Origin: an uncultured Acidimicrobiales bacterium
Lineage (GTDB): Bacteria; Actinomycetota; Acidimicrobiia; Acidimicrobiales; SZUA-35
Assembly (NCBI GenBank): GCA_937922045.1
Contig: CAKZXA010000018.1
Location: 38,279-102,278, forward strand
Reading direction: 5' to 3'
Length of the DNA: 64,000 nt
Shown here: one piece after another, positions 48,285 through 56,429 of the stretch
How positions within the stretch are numbered: position 1 is the stretch's first letter
How the letters are laid out: every line of letters begins with the position of its first letter
Notes under the pieces: generated by a model
What the model was told of the DNA's origin: nothing
The model's input: only the letters and a program-made list of their open reading frames with translations
Databases searched by the model: none
Made by a program: the position numbers and the translations under genes

Positions 48285-49355
48285 TCAGCTCAGGAGGCGC
48301 AAGTAGCGCTCAACGTAGAGGTCGGCCAGACGGGTCATCGAGAACTCTTCGGCCCGCAGAAGGCCACGGTCCAGCTGGTCGTCCAACGTTGGCGACATGG
48401 AGAACGCTTCGAGCAGCGCCTTCGCCAAGTCCTGACTATCGCCGGTGCGGAAGAGTCCGGCGAACCGGCCGTCCCCAGCGACAACGCGGTAGGCGGGCAG
48501 ATCACTCGCCACCACCGGCGTGCCAGCCGCCATCGCTTCGAGCAGAACGACACCGAAACTCTCGCCCCCCAGCGACGGCACGCAGAAGACGTCAGCTCCC
48601 TTGAGGCGTCGCCTCTTCTCTTCTTCCGAGATCGGCCCGAGCCAATCGATCCGATCATCATTGGCGAAGGCTGTCTGCAACTCAGCGGTCTCGGGGCCAT
48701 GACCAGCGATCCAGAGCTTCACGTCAGCGGGCAGGAACCGGGCCGCCTCCAACAGTACGCGAAGACCCTTTCGAGGCTCATGCCTGCCAAGGAAGAACAC
48801 CGTTGGGCCATCGGTAGGTTCAGCGTCGGCCGTAGCGTAGCGCGTCGTTTCGATGCCGTTGAACAAGATTTCGTACTCGCCATCGAGGTGGCGACGGGCC
48901 ATACCCGCGGCCTCGGGCGAGACCGCTACCTTGTGGTCGATCCGGGCCGCCAACCGCCGCACCACCGGTTTGGCCCACCGGTAGGGCGTGATCCGTCCGG
49001 AAGCGTGAAAGGTGCCGACGAGCGGAACCGGCTTGACGAAAACCGAGGTGAGCGTTGGGCCTGGGGCCAGGGGCTCGTGCAGATGGATGATGTCGAATCG
49101 TTCGTCCCATATCGCTGCCAACACCCGGAGCTGAGCCGCAGGGTCCGGGGCGAGAGGCGCAAATGATCCGTTCTGAGCGTAAGGGATCGAGTTGCCCAGT
49201 GGCGTCACCCAGGGCTCGGGCGGCGGTCCATCGCAGGGAGCGAGTACCTGTGTGGTGATTCCACGGCGACGCAGGGCGCGAGAAAGACCGAGTACCTGCG
49301 ACTGAACTCCTCCCCAGACCGCCAAGCTATAGGGACAAATCATCCCAACGCGCAC
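48285..49355 (-). CDS. pimA: GDP-mannose-dependent phosphatidylinositol alpha-mannosyltransferase (GT4)
   Basis: 356 aa. MRVGMICPYSLAVWGGVQSQVL...HLHEP...GGESFGVVLLEAMAAGTPVVASDL closely parallels mycobacterial PimA as I recall it. It also sits in the pgsA-acyltransferase-pimA synteny. Confidence 0.85.
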   Translation of the reverse strand: MRVGMICPYSLAVWGGVQSQVLGLSRALRRRGITTQVLAPCDGPPPEPWVTPLGNSIPYAQNGSFAPLAPDPAAQLRVLAAIWDERFDIIHLHEPLAPGPTLTSVFVKPVPLVGTFHASGRITPYRWAKPVVRRLAARIDHKVAVSPEAAGMARRHLDGEYEILFNGIETTRYATADAEPTDGPTVFFLGRHEPRKGLRVLLEAARFLPADVKLWIAGHGPETAELQTAFANDDRIDWLGPISEEEKRRRLKGADVFCVPSLGGESFGVVLLEAMAAGTPVVASDLPAYRVVAGDGRFAGLFRTGDSQDLAKALLEAFSMSPTLDDQLDRGLLRAEEFSMTRLADLYVERYLRLLS

Positions 49356-49408
49356 ATCTTCACCCTAACTCACCTAGGTCGACACCGGACGTGCGGTTCG
49401 ATCAGCGC

Positions 49409-50266
49409 TCAGGCGTGATCACTCGGCCAGTTCGGTTCGAGGAGATGCCATTGCTCCGGAGCCTGGGCTATGAGGCGCTCAAGACCAGCCGTCATGGCGT
49501 CCAACATCTCCGAAGCCGAGCGACCTTTGGGGTAGATCGGATCATCGAGAACGCAATGACGTCGTCGACCGTCGAAGAAGACGGCGGTCGGAAGCAGTGG
49601 ACTACCCGTCCGTCGACTGAGCACCACAGGTCCGATCGGCAGGGCGGTCTCCTCGCCGAAGAAGCGCACGCTTCTCCCCGTGCCTGAAATGTCACGGTCG
49701 GACAGCAGGCAGACCACATCACGGCGCTTGACCGCTCTGGTGACCTCCACAAAGGCTTGCGAACCGAGCGGCACCACATGCACCCCGTAGGAGGATCGCA
49801 GTTCGACGAACCACTCGAAGACATCATCGGGTTCGAGACGCTCCACCACGGCGGTAACCGGGACGTCGGCAACTCGGGCGAGCCAAGCTGCCGCCCATTC
49901 CCATCCGCCGAGGTGGGGCAAGACGATGAGGGGGCCATGCCCCTGGGCCCGGACCTCCTGGATCTTGTCGAAGCCGGTGAACGAAAACCCTCGGTCGATC
50001 GAGGTTTCATCGAGCGTCGGCAGACGGAACGTCTCGGCCCAGTATCGACCATAGCTACCGAAGCCGTCGGCGGCCGCTGCTGGGGCGGTGTCGGTCCATT
50101 CAGCCACACGGTCGAGATGACGCTGCAGCATCGAGGCTTTGGGCTCCATCAGCCGGGGCCCAGCTAGCCGCGCGATGTGGCGAGAAGCGGGAACGAGGGC
50201 GTGCACCGGCACCCTGCGGCTTAGCTCGGTGACGAAACCGAAGATTCGTCGTTGTCTACTCGCCAC
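49409..50266 (-). CDS. phosphatidylinositol mannoside acyltransferase (HtrB/LpxL-type, PatA-like)
   Basis: 285 aa of the lauroyl/myristoyl acyltransferase family (PHLGGWEW). Its position between the PI synthase and pimA matches the mycobacterial cluster. Confidence 0.8.
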   Translation of the reverse strand: MASRQRRIFGFVTELSRRVPVHALVPASRHIARLAGPRLMEPKASMLQRHLDRVAEWTDTAPAAAADGFGSYGRYWAETFRLPTLDETSIDRGFSFTGFDKIQEVRAQGHGPLIVLPHLGGWEWAAAWLARVADVPVTAVVERLEPDDVFEWFVELRSSYGVHVVPLGSQAFVEVTRAVKRRDVVCLLSDRDISGTGRSVRFFGEETALPIGPVVLSRRTGSPLLPTAVFFDGRRRHCVLDDPIYPKGRSASEMLDAMTAGLERLIAQAPEQWHLLEPNWPSDHA

Positions 50267-50293
50267 TCGTCCTACTCGGCCCTAGCCAGTGGA

Positions 50294-50992
50294 TCAGGCG
50301 CGACGACGGCGTCGAGCCTCAGCCCGGGCCTCGGCACGCTGTCGAAGGTCGGCGACAGGCCGAGCCTGACGACGCCTCGATGTACGAGCGGTTCTCGGTG
50401 GCAGTTCGGTGGCGGCGCTGGCCTGACGCCACACCTTTACGAACCGGAACACAGCGGTTCCAGCGGTGAGGACGAACATGACCCAAAGGGTCGCTACGAA
50501 CAGGCTGGAGAAGAGCAATCCGAATCCGAGAGCGATGAACCGTTCGGCTCGCTCCATCAATCCACCCTTGGCGTTGAAGCCAAGCGACTCAGCCTTAGCC
50601 CTCTGGTAAGAAACAAGGGAAGCGGCGATGAACAGACCGAAGGGCAACATGACCAGACGTGGCGTGTCGGTTCCAAGAAAGTACCAACCAGCGCCGGCGA
50701 AGAGCAGGCCATCGCTGAGCCGATCTGAAACGGAATCGAGGAAGGCGCCACGAGGTCCAGCTCGTCCCCCCGCCTTGGCTACCGCACCGTCGAGAGCATC
50801 AGGCAGGCCGGTCAAGGCCAGGAGCAATACGGCCAAGGAGAAGCGACCGGTGGCGATTGCGACGCCGCAGGCGGCGGCCATGATCACCCCAAGACCGGTC
50901 ACCGCGTCAGGCGATACACCGATCCGTTGCAGCTTTTTTCCAACCGGAGCGATGCCTTTTTCAAAGCCCGCTCTGAAGTTTCCGTCGAACAT
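50294..50992 (-). CDS. pgsA: CDP-alcohol phosphatidyltransferase (phosphatidylinositol phosphate synthase)
   Basis: 232 aa with the CDP-alcohol motif DALDGAVAKAGGRAGPRGAFLDSVSDRLSD. It has an Arg-rich C-terminal tail. Confidence 0.85.
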   Translation of the reverse strand: MFDGNFRAGFEKGIAPVGKKLQRIGVSPDAVTGLGVIMAAACGVAIATGRFSLAVLLLALTGLPDALDGAVAKAGGRAGPRGAFLDSVSDRLSDGLLFAGAGWYFLGTDTPRLVMLPFGLFIAASLVSYQRAKAESLGFNAKGGLMERAERFIALGFGLLFSSLFVATLWVMFVLTAGTAVFRFVKVWRQASAATELPPRTARTSRRRQARPVADLRQRAEARAEARRRRRA

Positions 50993-51136
50993 CCAAGGTC
51001 CTTTCCGTGGCGCTGGACCAGAACGTGCCTTACACCGTCTGGATCGTCGGCCTTCCTAGGCCAGGCGCTCACGTCCTGTCACCCAGTGTAGGGGGCTCGG
51101 CGTCGTCGGTCCTAGCCGGGTATCGCCAGCGCTGAC

Positions 51137-51748
51137 TCAGGCCGAGGTGTCGGCCAGGTCAGACCAGTCCTCAGGGTTCTCCTCGACGAAAGAGTCAAGG
51201 ACTTCGCCGTCGACCCCATCGACCTGCACAAAACCCCGCTTCGACGGTGGCTCCTCGGCCGAATAGAGCAGGATGCGCCATGTCGGACGACTTAGCCAGC
51301 CTCGCCAACCCATCTGGGCTGATGCGTGACCAACGGGAAACCCAACCTCGCCAACGGCAGCGACGAGCGCATCTCGTTCGTCGACCTGTAGATCCCATCC
51401 AGCCACGATGCTGTAGGACCCGATCGCAGCCAGGATCGCCGCCGCTCCCAACCAACCTGCGTTCACGAAGACACTGTCAGGCCAAACAAGGGCAACAATG
51501 ACGAGAACAACGGCCATCGCTAGATACAGGTAGCCAGGCACCCGCCGTCGATTGTTGTTGGGGAACGTGTAGTCCTCGTGGTCGGCGAGCTGGGGCTGAA
51601 GGTCGTCGGGGAGCACGTCGCCGACGACGTCAGCTGATTCCTCAGCTGCAAGCTCCGCCTGGTCCTCTGACGCCGAGGCGTCGTCGATCGTTTCCTGTCC
51701 GACTTCTTCGACGCCGTCGACGTCGATGTCGGGTTCGTTCTCGCTCAC
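51137..51748 (-). CDS. hypothetical two-TM membrane protein with an acidic N-terminus
   Basis: 203 aa with two hydrophobic helices (YLYLAMAVVLVIVALVW and WLGAAAILAAIGSYSIVAGW). It has a 4-nt overlap with the HIT gene stop. I recognise no family. Confidence 0.55.
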   Translation of the reverse strand: MSENEPDIDVDGVEEVGQETIDDASASEDQAELAAEESADVVGDVLPDDLQPQLADHEDYTFPNNNRRRVPGYLYLAMAVVLVIVALVWPDSVFVNAGWLGAAAILAAIGSYSIVAGWDLQVDERDALVAAVGEVGFPVGHASAQMGWRGWLSRPTWRILLYSAEEPPSKRGFVQVDGVDGEVLDSFVEENPEDWSDLADTSA

Positions 51749-52284
51749 CCCTCGACGCTACCGCCGGGCCAGCCTTCGCGGACCCGACGCCACGAATCCG
51801 AGAGCGACATCGGCAGGATCCTTGTCTCGGCCGCCGTCGACATGAAGTTGGTGTCGGCGTTCCATCGAGGCACGACATGAACGTGAAGATGGTCGGGGTG
51901 GGATCCTCCCCCGGCCTCGCCCTCGTTGATACCGATGTTGAGACCATCGGGTCGGAAAGCGGTCTTGACCGCCGCCGACGCATCTCGCACCATCGACCAC
52001 AGGTCACCAAATTCAGCCTCGTCCAGATCGCCGATGCCGGGAACAGCGCGCTTAGGCAGCACCATCGTGTGACCCGAGGTGTACGGAAAGACGTTGAGGA
52101 TCGTGAAGGAATAGAGGCTCCGAGTCACGATGTAGGTTCGATCGTCACCGACCGTGGATTGCTCGATTGTTTCGAACAACGTCATGCCTGGCTCCGGCCA
52201 TAACGCCGCGTAAGGCTCACCGTCGGCCCCCACACCTCTTGGGTGGGCCAGTCTCCATGAGGAGAAGAGTCGTTCCGATGGCAT
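51745..52284 (-). CDS. HIT family nucleotide hydrolase/phosphorylase
   Basis: 179 aa with the histidine triad HLHVHVVPRW. It lies between thrS and the PI synthase, as in mycobacteria. Confidence 0.85.
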   Translation of the reverse strand: MPSERLFSSWRLAHPRGVGADGEPYAALWPEPGMTLFETIEQSTVGDDRTYIVTRSLYSFTILNVFPYTSGHTMVLPKRAVPGIGDLDEAEFGDLWSMVRDASAAVKTAFRPDGLNIGINEGEAGGGSHPDHLHVHVVPRWNADTNFMSTAAETRILPMSLSDSWRRVREGWPGGSVEG

Positions 52285-52290
52285 CAGCTG

Positions 52291-54273
52291 TTAGGCGTTG
52301 ACCGCTTCGGCCACCACACGGCTGATGAAGGCGTCGAGAGGCACATCACGCTCAACCTCACCGCCACGACGGTTTACCCCGACGGTCGTCGCCTCCACGT
52401 CGTCGCCACCGACGACCAACACATAGGGAACTTTCTGAGTCTTGGCCCGCCGGATTCGTTTGCCCAGTGGGTCGCTTGCTTCGCGGAACTCGATCCGCAA
52501 GCCTGCATCCTTCAGCTTCTGGAGCACCGACCCTGCGTACTCGTGATGGTCTTCGCCGACAGGCAGCACCTCGACCTGGACCGGAGCCAACCAGAGCGGG
52601 AAGTTGCCGGCAAAGTGCTCGAGGAGAACGCCAAAGAAGCGTTCGATCGAACCCATGAGAGCCCGGTGAAGCATGATGGGCTGCTTGCGGGAGCCGTCGG
52701 CGGCCACATACTCAAGGCCGAAGCGTTCAGGCAGCTGAAAGTCAGCTTGAAGCGTCGACAACTGCCACGAGCGCCCAATAGCGTCGCGCACATCGATGTC
52801 GATCTTGGGACCGTAGAAGGCGCCGTCGCCCTCGTCGACCTCATAGTCGAGCGCCGAGTTGTCGAGAGTCGTCCTCAGCGCCTCGGTGGCAAGTTCCCAT
52901 TGGGCATCCGAACCGACCGACTTCTCCTCCGGTCGGGTTGATAGGCGGGCCGAGAAGTCATCGAAGCCAAAGGCGGCCAGCATGCTCAAGATGAAGTCGA
53001 GTGTGCGGGACAGCTCGTCGACGAGACCTTCCTCGCTTACGAACAGGTGTGCGTCATCCTGGGTGAAGCCTCGGATTCGCATGAGCCCATGTAGGGTGCC
53101 GGCCCGTTCGTAGCGGTAGACCGTTCCGAGTTCAAAGAGACGCAACGGCAGATCCCGGTATGAACGCTGGCTCGACCGATACACCAGCACATGCATCGGA
53201 CAGTTCATCGGCTTCGGGTAGTAGGTGCCGTTGTCCATCTCCATGGGCGGGTACATGCCGTCGGCGTAGAAATCGAGATGGCCAGACGTTTCGAACAAGC
53301 GAGCGTTAGCCAGATGCGGGCTGAAAGCGAACTCGTACCCGCCATCGACGTGGCGCTTTCGGGAATAGTCTTCCATCAGCCGCCGAACCGTCGCCCCTTT
53401 GGGATGCCAGACAGCGAGCCCAGCCCCCAGCTCGGAAGGAAACGACAACAGATCGAGTTCGTTGGCCAACTTGCGGTGATCGCGTTTAGCTGCCTCTTCG
53501 AGCCGATGCAGATGCTGATTGAGCTGCTTCTTGTCAGCCCAAGCGGTGCCGTAGATGCGCTGAAGCATCGGGTTCTTCTCGTCGCCGCGCCAGTAGGCGC
53601 CGGCCACACTCATCAACTTGAAGTGGCCGAGGCGGCCCGTCGATGGCACGTGAGGGCCAACACACATGTCGACGAAGGAGTCGCTGTTGCGGTAGAAGCT
53701 GATCACCTCACCGCTGGCCTCATTGGCCAGATCTCCGGCCATTTCACCTGACGTAACCCGCTCGATAATCGCGCGCTTGTAGGGATGCGCTTCCATCAAG
53801 GCCAGTGCTTCTGCCGCTGGCATCTCCGAACGGATAAAGGGCTGATCGGCGACGATGATGTCATTCATTTTGGCCGAGATCTTTTCAAGGTCTTCATCGT
53901 TGAAGGTCTCGCCGTTGGGCAATTCGAAGTCGTAGTAGAACCCGTTTTCGATCGGTGGACCGATGGCGAAGGTAGCTCCTGGCCACAGCTCCAAGACAGC
54001 CTGGGCCAAGACGTGAGCCGTGGAATGACGGATCACTTCAAGCGCTTCGTCTTGACGCCCCGTGATGAGTTCCACACTCTGCCCGTCGGCAAGGCTGGCC
54101 GTCAAGTCGGTTTCAGTTCCGTCGACCTTGGCCACGAGCGCGGCCTTAGCCAAGCCAGGACCTATGTCTGAGGCGAGGTCGGCCACGGTGGAACCCTCGG
54201 AAAGGGATCGAAAGGAGCCGTCTGGAAGCGATACCGAAATGTCAGCCACGGCATCCGAGTCTAGAGGATTCAT
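52291..54273 (-). CDS. thrS: threonine--tRNA ligase
   Basis: 660 aa with a TGS domain, editing motifs (HSTAHVLAQAV, CVGPHV), catalytic zinc ligand context (NCPMH, DDAHLF) and an anticodon-binding domain. Confidence 0.97.
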   Translation of the reverse strand: MNPLDSDAVADISVSLPDGSFRSLSEGSTVADLASDIGPGLAKAALVAKVDGTETDLTASLADGQSVELITGRQDEALEVIRHSTAHVLAQAVLELWPGATFAIGPPIENGFYYDFELPNGETFNDEDLEKISAKMNDIIVADQPFIRSEMPAAEALALMEAHPYKRAIIERVTSGEMAGDLANEASGEVISFYRNSDSFVDMCVGPHVPSTGRLGHFKLMSVAGAYWRGDEKNPMLQRIYGTAWADKKQLNQHLHRLEEAAKRDHRKLANELDLLSFPSELGAGLAVWHPKGATVRRLMEDYSRKRHVDGGYEFAFSPHLANARLFETSGHLDFYADGMYPPMEMDNGTYYPKPMNCPMHVLVYRSSQRSYRDLPLRLFELGTVYRYERAGTLHGLMRIRGFTQDDAHLFVSEEGLVDELSRTLDFILSMLAAFGFDDFSARLSTRPEEKSVGSDAQWELATEALRTTLDNSALDYEVDEGDGAFYGPKIDIDVRDAIGRSWQLSTLQADFQLPERFGLEYVAADGSRKQPIMLHRALMGSIERFFGVLLEHFAGNFPLWLAPVQVEVLPVGEDHHEYAGSVLQKLKDAGLRIEFREASDPLGKRIRRAKTQKVPYVLVVGGDDVEATTVGVNRRGGEVERDVPLDAFISRVVAEAVNA

Positions 54274-54343
54274 CCGGTTGGTCTTGTCGATTATTGAGAC
54301 CGATAGGTCGATTGTCTCGACTTTGTCGGACTTCGGCTATGGG

Positions 54344-55528
54344 CTACTGGGATACGCCAAGTTTGGTCGGCGGATTCAGCGTGATCGGTCCGGCGTCGAG
54401 ATCGATCCCGAGCAGAAGGGCGGCCGAACGAACGTCTACCCCACGGTCGACGCCAGCATCGATCACCGCAACCGCGGTCGATGTGTCGAGATCGTTGTCG
54501 AGGGCAGCCCGAACCTGATCGAGGACCTCACCTCCATCGTCGGTTCCCTTGCCGTCGGTCACGGTGGCCAGCCACCGTTCGAGAGAGGCCGCAGCCTTAT
54601 CCATACGATCGTCGGTCCACGACCATTCTTCTCGATAGTGATTGTCGACGATGGCGAGCCGAATCGAGCGCGGATCGAAGGTCCGGCGCAGATCGCTAAC
54701 GAACCGAAGATTTCCGAGCGACTTCGACATCTTCTCGCCGTCCATCATGACCATGGCCTGGTGCATCCAATGGCGGACGAATGGCTCACCGGTTGCGGCC
54801 GACGATTGGGCGGCTTCGCATTCGTGGTGAGGGAAGATCAAGTCTCCCCCACCTCCATGGAGATCGATGGTCGTGCCAAGCTCACGCAAGGCCAGAGCGG
54901 AACATTCAATGTGCCAGCCCGGTCGCCCAGGACCCCAGAGCGAATCCCACGCCGGTTCACCCTCCGCCGAGGGCTGCCAAAGTACGAAATCGAGCGGATC
55001 CCGCTTGTTCGGATCCTCGGGGTTGCCACCGCGTTCGGCGGCGTAGCCCATCATTGTTTCGCGGTCATAGCCCGAGATCTTGCCGAAATCTGGCCAGGAG
55101 TTGCTATCGAAGTAGACGGCGCCCCCAGCCTCATAGGCGTGCCCGTTGTCGAGCACCATCCCGATGAAGCCACGGATATCAGCGATGGCTGATGTGGCTC
55201 GCGGTTCGCTCCAACTGGGAAGCATGTCGAGAGCGAGCATGTCATCGTCGAAGCGAGCCGTTTCAGCAGCCGCCAGATCGAGATAATGCATGTCCAGCTC
55301 GCGCGCCTTGCGCAAGATGTCGTCATCAACATCGGTTACGTTGCGCACACATCTTGTCTCGTGGCCAAGATCGCGGAGGCGGCGCTGCAGCACGTCGTAG
55401 GTGATGTACACCGCAGCGTGACCAATATGGGTTGCGTCATAGGGGGTGATGCCGCAGGTGTACATCGAGACGACGTCGCCTGGTTCGAAGGGCACCACAG
55501 CCTGGCGGGCGGTGTCATAGAGCTTCAT
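54344..55528 (-). CDS. mshC: L-cysteine:1D-myo-inositol 2-amino-2-deoxy-alpha-D-glucopyranoside ligase (mycothiol biosynthesis)
   Basis: A CysRS-like catalytic core (CGITPYDATHIGHAA, NVTDVDD, GRPGWHIECSA, FPHHECE, KMSKSLGN) without the CysRS anticodon-binding C-terminus. It closely parallels mycobacterial MshC as I recall it. The start is ATG 55528 (MKLYDT...) or the track's 55570. Confidence 0.85.
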   Translation of the reverse strand: MKLYDTARQAVVPFEPGDVVSMYTCGITPYDATHIGHAAVYITYDVLQRRLRDLGHETRCVRNVTDVDDDILRKARELDMHYLDLAAAETARFDDDMLALDMLPSWSEPRATSAIADIRGFIGMVLDNGHAYEAGGAVYFDSNSWPDFGKISGYDRETMMGYAAERGGNPEDPNKRDPLDFVLWQPSAEGEPAWDSLWGPGRPGWHIECSALALRELGTTIDLHGGGGDLIFPHHECEAAQSSAATGEPFVRHWMHQAMVMMDGEKMSKSLGNLRFVSDLRRTFDPRSIRLAIVDNHYREEWSWTDDRMDKAAASLERWLATVTDGKGTDDGGEVLDQVRAALDNDLDTSTAVAVIDAGVDRGVDVRSAALLLGIDLDAGPITLNPPTKLGVSQ

Positions 55529-55661
55529 CACTATCTGGCAGGGTAGCTCCTCAACATCGGCCACGAACAAACCCAGGAGCGATGTCGGTCCTTGTGTCAG
55601 TCATCGCGCCCGTCCAGCAAATCGGTGTAACCCGCGTCTCACGCTGCTAGTCAGAGAAGGT

Positions 55662-56429
55662 ATGGCCCTACTCGAAGGCAAAAAAGTCCTCATCACCGGC
55701 GTTCTGACCGACGACTCGTTGGCGTTCGGTGTCGCCAAGCTCGCCCAAGAAGAAGGGGCTGAGGTTGCCCTGACGAGCTTCGGACGTGCGATGCGTCTGA
55801 CCCAACGCACTGCCCGCAGGCTCGACCCTGAGCCGGAAGTCTTTGAGTTCGACGTAACGAACCCGGAGCACGGTGCAGTTCTTCGCGAGTCGCTGAAGGA
55901 GAAATGGGGCCGGGTCGACGCCGCGCTTCACGCCGTCGGCTTTGCGCCGGAGGCGTGCCTCGGCGACGACTTTTGGGCCGCCGATTGGAACGACGTCTCG
56001 GTCGCGGTCGAGGTTTCGGCCTATTCGATGCGGTCGTTGGCCGATGTCGTAGTCCCACTCATGGACGAGGGCGGTTCCTTGCTCGGCCTAACCTTCGACG
56101 CCACCGTCGCCTGGCCGGCCTACAACTGGATGGGGGTTGCCAAGGCCGCGATGGAATCGCTCAACCGCTACATGGCCCGCGAGTTGGGGCCCCGCCAAAT
56201 CCGTTCGAACCTCGTGGCGGCGGGGCCAATGCGTACCATCGCAGCAAAGTCGATCCCGGGGTTCAGCGCCTTTGAAGAGGAGTGGGAGAAGCGCGCCCCA
56301 CTCGGTTGGGACGTCAACGACAGCGAAGGCGTGTCGCGAGCCTGCGTAGCCCTACTTTCAGACTGGTTCCCTCAAACCACTGGTTCCATTATCCACGTCG
56401 ACGGTGGCTACCACGCCGTCGGGGCCTAA
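55662..56429 (+). CDS. fabI: enoyl-[acyl-carrier-protein] reductase (NADH), InhA-like
   Basis: 255 aa. GKKVLITGVLTDDSLAFGVA plus the Tyr/Lys context PAYNWMGVAKAAMESL match the InhA/FabI pattern. ATG is preceded by GAAGG. Confidence 0.9.
   Translation: MALLEGKKVLITGVLTDDSLAFGVAKLAQEEGAEVALTSFGRAMRLTQRTARRLDPEPEVFEFDVTNPEHGAVLRESLKEKWGRVDAALHAVGFAPEACLGDDFWAADWNDVSVAVEVSAYSMRSLADVVVPLMDEGGSLLGLTFDATVAWPAYNWMGVAKAAMESLNRYMARELGPRQIRSNLVAAGPMRTIAAKSIPGFSAFEEEWEKRAPLGWDVNDSEGVSRACVALLSDWFPQTTGSIIHVDGGYHAVGA

Noticed and set aside
50993-51136. Possible small RNA or small ORF in the 144-nt spacer upstream of pgsA
   Set aside because: It has only weak 4-5 bp palindromes (GGCC-TAGGAA-GGCC). There is no terminator-like structure and no ORF with a start plus SD. 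It is most simply a promoter/leader with the pgsA SD (AAAGGA).
54062-55192. 376-aa plus-strand ORF antisense to the thrS start, the intergenic spacer and mshC
   Set aside because: It crosses a non-coding spacer and two strongly supported genes. I recognise no domain, so it is a shadow ORF.
54344-55570. Annotation as cysteine--tRNA ligase (cysS)
   Set aside because: The protein has the CysRS catalytic core (HIGH, KMSKS, Zn ligands). However, it stops at about 395-408 aa without the anticodon-binding domain, and it matches MshC-specific stretches (CGITPYDATH, NVTDVDD, GYDRETM, ERGGNP). I therefore call it mshC.
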